Notes: a model not told the origin generated them from the sequence alone. 64,000 nucleotides of DNA from Minisyncoccota bacterium (GCA_035627655.1 DASPLI010000001.1:398217-462216); one strand, 5' to 3'; numbered from the stretch's first letter, positions 40,046 through 50,103 are shown. Program-made: numbers and translations.

Positions 40046-40654
40046 TTATTGCTGCGGCCCTTCCACTTCGCCCGTCTGGAGACTGGCGACCTGGACGGTC
40101 GGAGCTGTTGCCACTTGTTCAGGCGACTGCGCCGGTTGCGGCGGCTGGACGAAGGTTGCATTGCCGACGCGAGCCATCGCTTGCGCCCGCATGTACGCTT
40201 CCTCGATGCCCGGGATGTTCATCCGCGCGTACTCGACAGCCGTCTGTCGCATGATCGGGTCGTTTTGAAACGCGCCGGCGATCACGCGAATGATCTCAAG
40301 ATCTTGGCAGAGCTTGTCGATCCGTCCGCCGCCATAGCTGGCGCCGACGTAGATCATACTGAAGCCGCCGCCGCGTGTGACCACGCACTGTGCCGTTGGT
40401 TGCGGGACTTCTCCCGATACCATCGGCGCCGAGTGAATCGTCAGCGTGTCCGGAGACTCTGGAGCCTCGAAGGTTGTGATGACGTCCCCCGTTGCAGCGA
40501 ATGCGCCTGATTCAGAGTCGGCCGCAGCATCTGCGTCCGCTTCGGCTTCAGCCGCGGTATCGCCGCCGATCACGAGTTGCGCGTGAGCGTCGGGAGTGAA
40601 CATAAGCGCGCCGAGCATCAAGGATGCCGACACGAAGAATGCAGTTCGTTTCAT
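40046..40654 (-). CDS. Secreted orphan protein with Cys pair (SAP..C..GGG..GASYG..D..C)
   Basis: Signal peptide ending AHA; GAGG SD. Confidence 0.7.
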   Translation of the reverse strand: MKRTAFFVSASLMLGALMFTPDAHAQLVIGGDTAAEAEADADAAADSESGAFAATGDVITTFEAPESPDTLTIHSAPMVSGEVPQPTAQCVVTRGGGFSMIYVGASYGGGRIDKLCQDLEIIRVIAGAFQNDPIMRQTAVEYARMNIPGIEEAYMRAQAMARVGNATFVQPPQPAQSPEQVATAPTVQVASLQTGEVEGPQQ

Positions 40655-40734
40655 TTCCGTACCTCATAGATGTTGTGGAAGCGAAATGGGCCGCGGCGTT
40701 GCCGCCGCGGCCCTCGTCGACGTAGTCCGAAGTT

Positions 40735-41106
40735 TTAGCGGCGGCGAGTGCGCGAGCGCGCTCGCTGGTTGCCGGTATATTCGGAGCCGCCTTCGACGCC
40801 GGCGTCAGCATTGCCATACGCGCCGGAGACGTTCACGCCGCTCGCCGAACCGTAGCCGTACGTATTGACGATGGCGTTGTTGCGGTTGACATAGGCGTTG
40901 GCGCCGTTTTGGACGTCGGACGATTGATACCCGTAGGAGCCGGCGATGCTGCCCGAGCCCGGGCCTGCGGCCGATCCTTGGGTCTGTCCACCAGATACGC
41001 TGGAGTTGGCGCCGGCTTGTCCCGTCCATTGCGATTGCGCTGAAGCAGGAGTGGCCAGAGCGGCCACGGCGAGAGCCGCGCAAGCGGCGAACAACATACG
41101 TTTCAT
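40735..41106 (-). CDS. Secreted Gly/Ser/Asn/Gln-rich low-complexity protein
   Basis: Signal peptide MKRMLFAACAALAVAALATPASA; AAAGGA SD. Confidence 0.72.
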   Translation of the reverse strand: MKRMLFAACAALAVAALATPASAQSQWTGQAGANSSVSGGQTQGSAAGPGSGSIAGSYGYQSSDVQNGANAYVNRNNAIVNTYGYGSASGVNVSGAYGNADAGVEGGSEYTGNQRARSRTRRR

Positions 41107-41302
41107 GTGGTTTGTCCTTTGTGACAACGTGACCATTCCCCCTGGTCACTATGGGGATTCGCAGATCCACCCCGAGGAATTTCGAGATAGGCCTGCCAAT
41201 AGGGTTAAAAAGAGCAACACCAGGACGCAAAAAAAGCGCCGTGGCGCGTTGATTCAACCTAACCCGGGTATGGAAAAGTGTCAATAGCGGGGAAACGCAA
41301 AC

Positions 41303-41326
41303 GGCGCCCCGGTAGTCTGGGGCGCC
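41303..41326 (-). repeat. Second copy of the 24-bp terminator hairpin
   Basis: Exact reverse complement of 37497-37520. Confidence 0.85.
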
Positions 41327-41344
41327 GAAAGAATGTCGTGTTGA

Positions 41345-41626
41345 TTAGAAGTCCTTGAACGCTGGCTCGTCCGCGGCGCCGGAGCGATTGGCGGCGTAGT
41401 CGAGGCTGATCTGGCGATCGGCGTTCCGGAGGATCTGGTTGGCGATGACGGCTGCGATGAACGGCACGACAAGGCCAGCGATGATGATCCACCAGGAGAC
41501 GCCGATGACGTTGAACGCAGCGAGACCTGCGACAACGGCCGCGACCAGGAAGACGTCGACCGCGTGATTGCTCACGAACGACGAGACGGGGCAACGAACA
41601 CGGGCTTCTTCAAACATCACACTCAT
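41345..41626 (-). CDS. Orphan small membrane protein (2 TM)
   Basis: GGAG SD; TTGACT-17-TACAGT promoter at 41702-41674. Confidence 0.68.
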   Translation of the reverse strand: MSVMFEEARVRCPVSSFVSNHAVDVFLVAAVVAGLAAFNVIGVSWWIIIAGLVVPFIAAVIANQILRNADRQISLDYAANRSGAADEPAFKDF

Positions 41627-41757
41627 GGAATGAACTCCAGTTGCGGTTGTGGCCTTTCGGCCGGACCGATACTACTGTACCATAAAGTATATAAAAAGTC
41701 AATAGTCTGGCCTGATATGCAAAAGGCGACGTACCGCGAGGGTACGCCGCCCGTTGT

Positions 41758-42021
41758 TTAGTAGCGCAGCTGCCGTCTGGCTGGTCGTCGTCCGAAGACA
41801 AACCACCAGAACCACACGAGCGGCGTGGCAATGACTGAAGCGATCGGTCCGAGAATGCCAAGCACCATCGTGCCAGCTTGCACAAAGAGTTCGGCGATAG
41901 CGATTGCCATCACCGCCACAATCTCCATGTAGATGATGAACAGCGCAGCGCCGAGGATGGCGCCGATGATCACCAGGATCGGGAGCAGAGTCGATAGGCT
42001 GGTCAGGTCGTAATGGGACAC
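41758..42021 (-). CDS. Orphan small hydrophobic membrane protein
   Basis: GTG start, AAAGGAGG SD, basic C-terminal tail. Confidence 0.65.
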   Translation of the reverse strand: MSHYDLTSLSTLLPILVIIGAILGAALFIIYMEIVAVMAIAIAELFVQAGTMVLGILGPIASVIATPLVWFWWFVFGRRPARRQLRY

Positions 42022-42102
42022 CTAAAAAGGCCCTCCTTTCTGCGCCGCACTTTATGACAGATTCCTAAAACCGCAAGTGGGCGTATGCTATACTGCATTC
42101 CT

Positions 42103-42663
42103 ATGATGACTCTATACATTGTCCTTGCGATTGTCGTTGTTATTGTGCTCTGGCTCGTCTTTACCTATAACGGATTCGTCTCGCTCGTAAACCGCGCGAA
42201 GGAGGCGTGGAGCGATATCGAGGTGCAACTCAAGCGTCGCTACGATCTCATCCCGAATCTCGTAGAAACTGTCAAAGGCTATGCTGCGCACGAGCGACAG
42301 GCGTTTGAAAGCGTGACGGAAGCTCGTTCCGCAGCGATGGGTGCATCTTCGGTTGCCGATCATGCAAAGGCAGAGAACATGCTCACCGGCGCATTGAAGT
42401 CACTCTTTGCAGTTGCTGAGGCGTATCCGGACCTCAAGGCAAACGCAAACTTCCTTGAGCTCCAGCGCGAACTCTCTGATACGGAAAATAAGATTCAGGC
42501 GTCTCGCCGCTTCTACAACCAGAACGTTATGTCGCTCAACACCGGTCTTGAGCAATTTCCTGGAAACATCATCGGCGGCATGTTTGGCTTCCAGAAGCGC
42601 GAGTTCTTCGAGCTTGCGGAAGGAGAGGAGGCAGCGCGCCAGCCGGTAAAGGTGGCGTTCTAG
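42103..42663 (+). CDS. lemA: LemA-family protein
   Basis: AWSDIEVQLKRRYDLIPNLVETVKGYAAHE, AEAYPDLKAN. Confidence 0.95.
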   Translation: MMTLYIVLAIVVVIVLWLVFTYNGFVSLVNRAKEAWSDIEVQLKRRYDLIPNLVETVKGYAAHERQAFESVTEARSAAMGASSVADHAKAENMLTGALKSLFAVAEAYPDLKANANFLELQRELSDTENKIQASRRFYNQNVMSLNTGLEQFPGNIIGGMFGFQKREFFELAEGEEAARQPVKVAF

Positions 42664-42711
42664 TGATGAGCGTGGGGCGGAATGCTCCACTGACCTACGA
42701 CTTCGAAACGT

Positions 42712-43599
42712 ATGCCAAACCTGTATCAAGAACGTTCTAGCAACCTGATGCGTACCTGGATCTTGATGATCGGGTTTTTCCTCGTGGTCATTGCGCTTGG
42801 ATTCTTGATCGCGCAGTACTACGGCGATCCATCCATTCTCTACATTGCCGTTGCGATCGCGATCGCAATGAATGTTGGCAGCTACTGGTTCTCCGATAAG
42901 CTGGTGCTCTCCATGACCGGCGCCAAGCCAGCAAGCAGGGAAGAGTTCTTCGACCTCTATACCGTCACCGAGAACTTGGCGATTACCGCCGGTCTTCCGA
43001 TGCCCAAGCTCTACGTTATCAATGATCCAGCGCCAAACGCGTTTGCAACCGGGCGCGACGAGAAACACGCCGTGGTTGCAGCAACGACCGGACTTCTCTC
43101 TGTGCTTGATCGAACCGAACTTGAAGGCGTGATTGCGCATGAGCTTTCGCACATCAAGAATCGCGACATGCTCGTGATGACGGTTGCCGTCGTGCTTGCA
43201 GGATTCGTCGCGATCATCGCTGATATTTTCCTTCGCATGTCCATGGTTGGCGGAAACCGCGACAATGATCGCGGCGGGGCGCTTCTAGCAGTGCTCGCTA
43301 TTGTCGGCGTTATCCTGGCGCCGATTGCCGCACAGCTTATCCAGCTCGCTATCTCGCGCCGTCGCGAGTATCTTGCGGATGCTTCTGGCGCGCTTCTGAC
43401 GCGTTATCCTGAAGGGCTTGCGTCTGCTCTTCGAAAGATCTCGAGCTACGGCGCGCCCATGAAGCGGGCCAATACCGCAACCGCACACCTCTTTATCAGC
43501 AATCCGTTTGGTCCGCGCATGAAGGGCATCACAAATCTCTTTGCGACCCATCCGCCAGTGGAGGATCGCATTCGCCGCCTGACTGGGAGTTCGGAGTAG
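42712..43599 (+). CDS. htpX: M48 zinc metalloprotease HtpX
   Basis: PNAFATG, AHELSH, SRRREYLAD, THPP. Confidence 0.93.
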   Translation: MPNLYQERSSNLMRTWILMIGFFLVVIALGFLIAQYYGDPSILYIAVAIAIAMNVGSYWFSDKLVLSMTGAKPASREEFFDLYTVTENLAITAGLPMPKLYVINDPAPNAFATGRDEKHAVVAATTGLLSVLDRTELEGVIAHELSHIKNRDMLVMTVAVVLAGFVAIIADIFLRMSMVGGNRDNDRGGALLAVLAIVGVILAPIAAQLIQLAISRRREYLADASGALLTRYPEGLASALRKISSYGAPMKRANTATAHLFISNPFGPRMKGITNLFATHPPVEDRIRRLTGSSE

Positions 43600-43624
43600 T
43601 TCTGTGCTATAACAGTCGGGTTAC

Positions 43625-43714
43625 GGAGGCGTCGCATAGTGGTCTAGTGCACCGCCTTGGAAAGGCGGCAGGCTCGAAAGGGTCTCGAGAGTTCGAATCT
43701 CTCCGCCTCCGCCA
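43625..43714 (+). tRNA. tRNA-Ser(GGA), CCA encoded
   Basis: Acceptor GGAGGCG/CGCCTCC, anticodon stem CCGCC/GGCGG, long variable arm, GTTCGAAT. Confidence 0.95.
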
Positions 43715-44367
43715 TGAGTAAAGCTGCTGAAAAGATCATGTACTTCGTTCGGCACGGGCAAAGCGAAGGCAACGTCTCTCCCGTGTTTCAGTCGACTGAT
43801 TCGCCGCTCAACGAGTCGGGACTTGCGCAGGCGGAGAAAGTTGCTGACCGCATCTCAAAGCTTTCGTTTGATACCTTGATCGCCAGTCCGCTCACACGAG
43901 CGAAAGAAACCGCTACCGCGATCGCAAACAAAACTGGCAAAGAGCCCGAGTATTCGGACCTGTTTGTTGAGCGCGTAAAGCCGACACAGATCATCGGGAA
44001 GTCGTACGAGGACGAATCAGCAAACGCCCTCTGGGAAACGTGGGAGAAGAGTCTTCATACGCCTGGTCTTCGCGCTGAAGATGGAGAAAACTTCGACGAT
44101 CTGGTTGCGCGAGCAGACAAAGCGCTTGCCTTTCTTGCAGCGCGCGATGAAGCATCGTTGGTCGTGGTGACGCACGGATATTTCTTGCGCACGATCGTCG
44201 CGCGCGTCCTGCTTGGCTCCACGCTTACGGGCGGAGCATTTCAGAACTTCCAGGCGCGCATTGCTATGGAAAATACGGGTATAACGGTTCTTAAATACAC
44301 TGACGGATGGGACGGCATGGCGTGGCGCTTGTGGATCTATAACGATCACGCGCATCTCGGCGACTAA
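43714..44367 (+). CDS. Histidine phosphatase family protein
   Basis: FVRHGQS, SPLTRA, VVTHG. Confidence 0.9.
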   Translation: MSKAAEKIMYFVRHGQSEGNVSPVFQSTDSPLNESGLAQAEKVADRISKLSFDTLIASPLTRAKETATAIANKTGKEPEYSDLFVERVKPTQIIGKSYEDESANALWETWEKSLHTPGLRAEDGENFDDLVARADKALAFLAARDEASLVVVTHGYFLRTIVARVLLGSTLTGGAFQNFQARIAMENTGITVLKYTDGWDGMAWRLWIYNDHAHLGD

Positions 44368-44413
44368 TAACAAGAGGCCCAGAAACGCATGTGCGTTTCT
44401 GGGCCCTGGTTCG

Positions 44414-45079
44414 TCAGGCAGCTGCCGCAGGGGGTTCAAGAATGTCGAGCAGCGCTTTCGCTTCCGCAATTTTGGCGTCGATCGCCGATTGCGGGTAGCG
44501 CTTGTGCGCCCACTCGGTCAGGAACGACAGGTTCTGCATGAACACTACCTCCTTCTTGAGCATTTCAAGCGGCGTGACGTTGAGCTCGGCCGAGAGGCCG
44601 AATACCACGTCTTGAAGCCAAACGTAGGAAAGTGCTTGGGAGAGGTCGGCATCCCGCAAAATCTTTGCGGAAAGATCCAACTGCTCGCCGGGCACTTGAT
44701 GTGGATATTCGGTCGTACGAACGAGCCGTGCGATTTCGCCAAAGTCATCTCCGTCTTCAAGGTGTTGCGCAAGTGCGCGGATTGCAATGCTGATGTTGAA
44801 TTCGTCGTTGCCGGGGCGTCCGGCGTGGTCGAAGTCATGGAACAGCGCAGCAATCAGAAGATGACGGATCTGCCGTGGAGAGAGTTCGCCCGCGTGATAC
44901 GCGCATGCGTCGTAGCACTGCACCATCACATGGCACATGTGACGGAAGTTGTGGTACGGGTGCCGCACGTTCGGCGCGGTGAAGGCGAGCCGGAAGTAGT
45001 GTTCCAGGTCGCCCTCATAGAGACCTTCGTGGTTGCGGACAATAAGTGGAAGCCGTCCGCACACCGGTTTGTCAGTCAT
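44414..45079 (-). CDS. HD-domain phosphohydrolase (class I PDE-like motifs)
   Basis: PYHNFRH, ALFHDFDH, DADL. Confidence 0.82.
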   Translation of the reverse strand: MTDKPVCGRLPLIVRNHEGLYEGDLEHYFRLAFTAPNVRHPYHNFRHMCHVMVQCYDACAYHAGELSPRQIRHLLIAALFHDFDHAGRPGNDEFNISIAIRALAQHLEDGDDFGEIARLVRTTEYPHQVPGEQLDLSAKILRDADLSQALSYVWLQDVVFGLSAELNVTPLEMLKKEVVFMQNLSFLTEWAHKRYPQSAIDAKIAEAKALLDILEPPAAAA

Positions 45080-45161
45080 TATGGTGCCTTTCTGTGAAGT
45101 GCTCCCAGATACATAGTTACATACATAGATAGAATGTCAATAAATGTTAGGCTAGGGATAT

Positions 45162-45608
45162 ATGCGCCTGAATCACACCCTGATTCGCTACATCGTTATC
45201 GCTCTCTTGGCCGTGCTCGCCGTTTTGAGCGCGACCGCGTTCCTCAATCCTCCGCGCAGTAATGAGGCTGCGTATTCGCTTTCAACAATTGAAGTAGCGC
45301 GCACGCCGGAAGCTCGCGAGCAAGGACTCTCCGGACGACTTTCCGTACCGCCTGAATACGGCCTCCTCTTTGTGTTTCCAACCGCAGGCAAGTACGGCTT
45401 CTGGATGAAAGATATGCAGGTGTCTATCGACATCATCTGGCTTTCTGACGACGGCACCATTATCGGCATTGAAGAGTCAGTTGCGCCAGAGACGTATCCA
45501 GACGTGTTCTATCCTCCAGCACCGGTACGCTACGTGCTTGAGGTTGCTGCGGGAGAAGCGAAGACGCACGGATGGTCGATCGGGACGAAGCTCGAGCTTC
45601 CGCTCTAA
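45162..45608 (+). CDS. DUF192-family protein
   Basis: EVARTPEAREQGLSGR, GLLFVF, FWMKDM, YVLEV. Confidence 0.9.
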   Translation: MRLNHTLIRYIVIALLAVLAVLSATAFLNPPRSNEAAYSLSTIEVARTPEAREQGLSGRLSVPPEYGLLFVFPTAGKYGFWMKDMQVSIDIIWLSDDGTIIGIEESVAPETYPDVFYPPAPVRYVLEVAAGEAKTHGWSIGTKLELPL

Positions 45609-45632
45609 GCGGATTTGTGCTATAGTGACGAC

Positions 45633-45944
45633 AGACCAGCGTAGGCGATCGCTCTGACAATTTGTCAGGGAGGAAAGTCCGAACACAGGCAGGAAACTGC
45701 AGCAGGGTAGCGGGTAACCCCCGTCCGCCGCGAGGCGCGAGGTGCGAACAGTGACGTCGCGAGCGAAAGCAGTGCGACATCCCCTGAGGATGAACTTCAC
45801 TGAAAGGTGAAGATGAAACGGCAAAATCCTTACCTCTGTGCAAGGCCGTGCCCCAGATCTGGGGAGCGCCGCTCGAGCTCTGCAGCAATGCAGGGCCCAG
45901 ATAGATGATCGTCCACGACAGAATTCGGCTTACCGCGCTGGTCT
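45633..45944 (+). ncRNA. rnpB: RNase P RNA
   Basis: GAGGAAAGTCC and ACAGAATTCGGCTTA conserved boxes, P1 AGACCAGCG/CGCTGGTCT, TATAGT upstream. Confidence 0.95.
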
Positions 45945-46061
45945 ACAAACATGCGAATGCCCGCCTCACGGCGGGCATTCGCCTATCCACGCAACGAAGG
46001 AAGTTCGCGAGCCTCCTTTGTTATACTTGTGCTATTAGCAGGGCAATTTGAACGGCATTTT

Positions 46062-48425
46062 ATGCAAGATACTCCCGCACGTCCGCGTTTTTCTTTCGAT
46101 CTCGCCTCCACGTGGCTGCTGTGCGCAACAGCCGTTCTCTCGATCGTTGTGCTGGTCCCGACAGCAACGCTCTCACAGTACGGTCTCAAGACGTTTGTGC
46201 TTGGATTTGGCGCCGTGCTCACGCTGATTGCGTTTATTATCGCTCGCCTGGTTCGAAGCAGTCTCCCCGTCCCGCCGCTTCGTCTGCTTGGCGCGCTGTG
46301 GCTCATTCCGCTTGCCTACCTTCTCTCCACGCTTTTCTCCGGTGTGCACCCAGTTGCCGCGGCGTTTGGCGTCGAGTTTGAAACCGATACGCTTGGATTT
46401 GTGCTGATTCTCGCATTTCTCGCGACGCTCTCGGCTCTCGTGATCCGACGACGTGAAGATTTCAAAGCGCTCGCGCTTGCGCTTGGCGCTGGCATTGCGC
46501 TTATGCTGGTCGCGCAGGCGGTCATTATTGTTGCTGCACGCTTTGTTCCGTCGCTCGCCCCGACAACAAACCTCATTGGAACATTCTCTGACTTCGGCAT
46601 GCTTGCCGGTCTTGGGGCAGTGTTCGCGCTTCTTGCACTCCGCATCCTTCCGCTCTCGCGCCGCATGCGCATTGTGACGTGGGTCGTGCTTGCGCTCTCC
46701 CTCGTTGCGCTCATTCTCGTGAATATTGTTCCAGCATGGGTGCTGGTTGGCATTCTTGCGCTCGGACTGTTCGTGGAATCTCTCATGCACCGACGCGGTG
46801 ATCAGCAAGCAACGTTTCCAACGACCGAGGCGCGGGGCAAGAAAATTATTATCTCGTCTGCCGTTACGCTCCTTATTACTATCTTCTTCTTGATCGGCAG
46901 CAGCACGATCGGCAGCGCCATTGCTTCCTCGCTTGGCATCAACACGCTTGATGTTCGTCCGTCCTGGCAGTCCACCTTCCTTATCGGCAGCCACACCTAC
47001 GCATCTTCGCCGCTCTTTGGCTCAGGACCAGGCACGTTTAGCGAGCAGTGGCTTAAGTTCCGCGATCGCGGCCTCAATGACACTATTTTCTGGAGCGTTG
47101 ATTTTGGCGCGGGTATCGGCCACATTCCGACGTCCATGGTGACGACAGGACTCCTCGGCGCAATCGCTTGGCTGGTGTTCCTCGGACTCTTTATTTATGC
47201 GGGCGTACGCACACTGCTCTTCCATCTTCCTGAAGAGCACTGGCTACGCTTTGCAACCATCGGATCATTTGCCGGAGCTTCATACCTGCTCTTGCTTGCG
47301 CTCTTTGCGGTGCCAGGCCCCGTTATGCTCGCGCTCGGGTTCATACTCATCGGCGCCTTTATTTCTGCCGGCCGTTTCGCTAGTGGACGGGGAGAGGCAA
47401 CGCTTGAATTTGCGAAGAGTCCGCGCATTGGGTTTGCAGTGGTGTTCTTCCTCACGCTCCTCTTGCTCGCGTCTGTCGTAGCCGGTTATCTCGTGCTAGA
47501 ACGCTTCCTTGCAGGCGCATACTACGGACAGGCAACCAGTTCGCTTCGTGCTGGCGACCTTGATCGGGCAGATGCTGCAGTCGTACGGTCGCTCACCTTT
47601 GCGCCAACCGAGCGCGCCTACCGTCTTGCAGCAGCCGTCGGTATTGAACGCATGCGCCGTATTGCAAGCGATACGTCGTTGCCGGTCAGTACTGCGCAAC
47701 AGCAGTTCCAAGAAGCGCTCACGCGCAGCATAAGCGCTGGTCTTGAAGCGACCCGCCTCGGACAGACTGATTACCAGAACTGGAGCGTACTGGCTACGGT
47801 CTATCAGAGCGTCGCTGCGCTTCAGGTGGAGGGTGCGTACGAAGAGGCAAAGGCAAGCTATGAACGGGCGCTCGCGCTCAACCCCTCAAACCCTGCGCTT
47901 CCGTACGCACTTGCGCAGCTTGAGATAATCGAAGGAAACACCGAAGCGGCAGAGGAGCTCCTTCTCTCATCGATCAACCTCAAGCGCGACTATATCCCTG
48001 CCATTTTGCTTCTGTCTCAGCTCGAGATTCAGTCTGGAAAGGCGACCGAAGCGCTTCAGGCAGCCGAAGCAGCAGCGTACTTCGCTCCAAACGATCCGGC
48101 GGTACTCTTCCAGGTTGGCCTCCTTCGCTCGGGTATTGGAGATGTTGACGGCGCAATTACCGCGCTTGCGCGTGCGGTTGAACTCAACCCACAGTATGCA
48201 AACGCGCGCTTCTTCCTCAGCGCCATGTACGCGACCAAGGGTCAGTACACTGAGGCGCTCACCGAACTGCGCGCAGTTGCTTCGTTCTCTGAAGAGAACG
48301 CAGCAGCGGTTGCCGACGACATTGCTGCGCTTGAGCAGGGTACGAATCCATTCCCGACCACGCGCCTGCGCTCGCTTGGCATCCCGCAGCCACCCGTTAC
48401 TGAGCCGGCGGCACCCGCCAACTAA
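46062..48425 (+). CDS. Polytopic membrane protein, O-antigen-ligase-like with C-terminal TPR repeats
   Basis: ~12 TM, PLFGSGPGTF motif, TPRs (YERALALNP, ARAVELNPQYANA). Confidence 0.8.
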   Translation: MQDTPARPRFSFDLASTWLLCATAVLSIVVLVPTATLSQYGLKTFVLGFGAVLTLIAFIIARLVRSSLPVPPLRLLGALWLIPLAYLLSTLFSGVHPVAAAFGVEFETDTLGFVLILAFLATLSALVIRRREDFKALALALGAGIALMLVAQAVIIVAARFVPSLAPTTNLIGTFSDFGMLAGLGAVFALLALRILPLSRRMRIVTWVVLALSLVALILVNIVPAWVLVGILALGLFVESLMHRRGDQQATFPTTEARGKKIIISSAVTLLITIFFLIGSSTIGSAIASSLGINTLDVRPSWQSTFLIGSHTYASSPLFGSGPGTFSEQWLKFRDRGLNDTIFWSVDFGAGIGHIPTSMVTTGLLGAIAWLVFLGLFIYAGVRTLLFHLPEEHWLRFATIGSFAGASYLLLLALFAVPGPVMLALGFILIGAFISAGRFASGRGEATLEFAKSPRIGFAVVFFLTLLLLASVVAGYLVLERFLAGAYYGQATSSLRAGDLDRADAAVVRSLTFAPTERAYRLAAAVGIERMRRIASDTSLPVSTAQQQFQEALTRSISAGLEATRLGQTDYQNWSVLATVYQSVAALQVEGAYEEAKASYERALALNPSNPALPYALAQLEIIEGNTEAAEELLLSSINLKRDYIPAILLLSQLEIQSGKATEALQAAEAAAYFAPNDPAVLFQVGLLRSGIGDVDGAITALARAVELNPQYANARFFLSAMYATKGQYTEALTELRAVASFSEENAAAVADDIAALEQGTNPFPTTRLRSLGIPQPPVTEPAAPAN

Positions 48426-48429
48426 TACG

Positions 48430-50103
48430 ATGGTGCAGGGCATACTTCGCTCCCTTACAACATCGATACGCGGCCTTCACCAGGCCGCGTATCTCTTGGC
48501 GGGTCTCACGCTTGCGTCACAGATCCTGTCGTTGCTTCGCGACCGTATCTTTGCTGATGCGTTTGGCGCGAGCATAACGCTCGATCTGTATTACGCGGCG
48601 TTCCGCATTCCGGATCTCGTGTTTGCGCTGATCGCATCGCTTGTCTCTGCATACGTGCTTATTCCGCGCATTGCGGCAAAGAATCAGGCAGCGTCCCAAT
48701 CGCTCTTATCAAACGCGGCATCGTTTTTGGTGCTCGGCGGCGGTGTATTTGCGCTCGTGCTTGCAGTATGGATGCCACAATTGCTCGCACTCTTCTTCCC
48801 GGGTCTTGCAGGAACGGAAGGGTTTGTAGATCTTGCACGCATTCTCCTCTTGCAGCCGATCCTCTTGGGGCTATCTGGTATTTTCACGAGCGTAACGCAG
48901 GTAGAGCGGCGGTTCGTACTCTTCGCGCTCTCGCCGGTGCTCTATAACGTCGGCATCATCTTCGGAACGGTCTTCCTCTACCCGGCCTATGGACTTCCTG
49001 GTATTGGCGTCGGTGTCGTTTTAGGAGCACTTGCGCATCTCTTGATCCATATTCCTGTCGTGGCTGGCGCAAAACTGATGCCAAAGCCGGTTATCCCCGA
49101 CACAGGCATCATGTGGTCGGTCGTGAAGGATTCGGTACCACGCTCGCTCGCGCTCTCCTTTGGTGCGTTCACCACGCTTGCGCTTACCGCCATTGCCGCA
49201 ACAACCGGAGAGGGTGGCGTATCAGTCTACACGCTTGCCGGGAACCTGGCAGCAGTGCCGCTCGCACTCATCGGTGCTTCCTACGCTACTGCAGCTTTCC
49301 CGGTTCTGGCTGAAGAAGCGCAGGGCAATCGCATGGATTCCTTTAAGGCAACACTCTCAGCGGCAGCCCGCCATCTTATTTTCTGGTCCGTCACGGCAGC
49401 GCTCCTCACGATCGTGCTCCGTGCGCATTTGGTACGCGTGATTCTTGGTAGTGGCGCTTTTGACTGGGACGCGACGCGGCTCACCGCAGCGATTCTTGGC
49501 GTGTTGATCGTCGGTCTTGTTGCGCAGGGTCTGGTGCTGCTTGCTTCCCGCGCGTTTTATGCAGCACGCCGCTCCTGGAATCCGCTTGCCATTCAAGTTA
49601 TTGGTCTTGCGATCTCAGCAGCAGGCGCACTTTTCTTCCTCGCGCTTTCTCGAGAAGTGCCGCTCTTCAAAGATTTTATCGAGGCACTCCTTCGCGTTGA
49701 GGGAATTGCCGGAACTTCGATTTTGTTTGTTGCGCTTGGCGCAACTGTCGGACAGCTCTTTATGGGTGCGCTCGCGCTTGCAACGCTCGGCCGGGTAGCG
49801 CCGGGAGTTGCCGCTTCGCTTGTTCGTCCGCTCTTTGAAGGCGCGGGTGCGGGCATGGTGGGCGCGTCTGCCGCCTATAGCGTGCTTGCCGTTGCAGGCA
49901 ATATCGCGCCACTCACCACGGTCCTGAGCGTCTTCACGCAAGGACTTGTGGCTGGTATGGTGGGTCTTGCAGCATCGGCAGCAGTCCTTGTCCTTCTTGA
50001 AAATAGGGAATTCCGGGACCTGTATGCGTCCTTGCGGCGGCTTACGAGCGCCCGAGCCCTTACGCCTGCCGGTACTGTCTTGAATGACCAGGCAAATCCG
50101 TAA
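48430..50103 (+). CDS. murJ: Lipid II flippase MurJ (MviN)
   Basis: SQILSLLRDRIFADAFGA..DLYYAAFRIPD. Confidence 0.9.
   Translation: MVQGILRSLTTSIRGLHQAAYLLAGLTLASQILSLLRDRIFADAFGASITLDLYYAAFRIPDLVFALIASLVSAYVLIPRIAAKNQAASQSLLSNAASFLVLGGGVFALVLAVWMPQLLALFFPGLAGTEGFVDLARILLLQPILLGLSGIFTSVTQVERRFVLFALSPVLYNVGIIFGTVFLYPAYGLPGIGVGVVLGALAHLLIHIPVVAGAKLMPKPVIPDTGIMWSVVKDSVPRSLALSFGAFTTLALTAIAATTGEGGVSVYTLAGNLAAVPLALIGASYATAAFPVLAEEAQGNRMDSFKATLSAAARHLIFWSVTAALLTIVLRAHLVRVILGSGAFDWDATRLTAAILGVLIVGLVAQGLVLLASRAFYAARRSWNPLAIQVIGLAISAAGALFFLALSREVPLFKDFIEALLRVEGIAGTSILFVALGATVGQLFMGALALATLGRVAPGVAASLVRPLFEGAGAGMVGASAAYSVLAVAGNIAPLTTVLSVFTQGLVAGMVGLAASAAVLVLLENREFRDLYASLRRLTSARALTPAGTVLNDQANP

Noticed and set aside
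43657-43713. Extended start of the histidine phosphatase ORF
   Set aside because: Lies within tRNA-Ser
45633-45944. Possible novel RNA or short ORFs
   Set aside because: Explained by RNase P RNA conserved boxes
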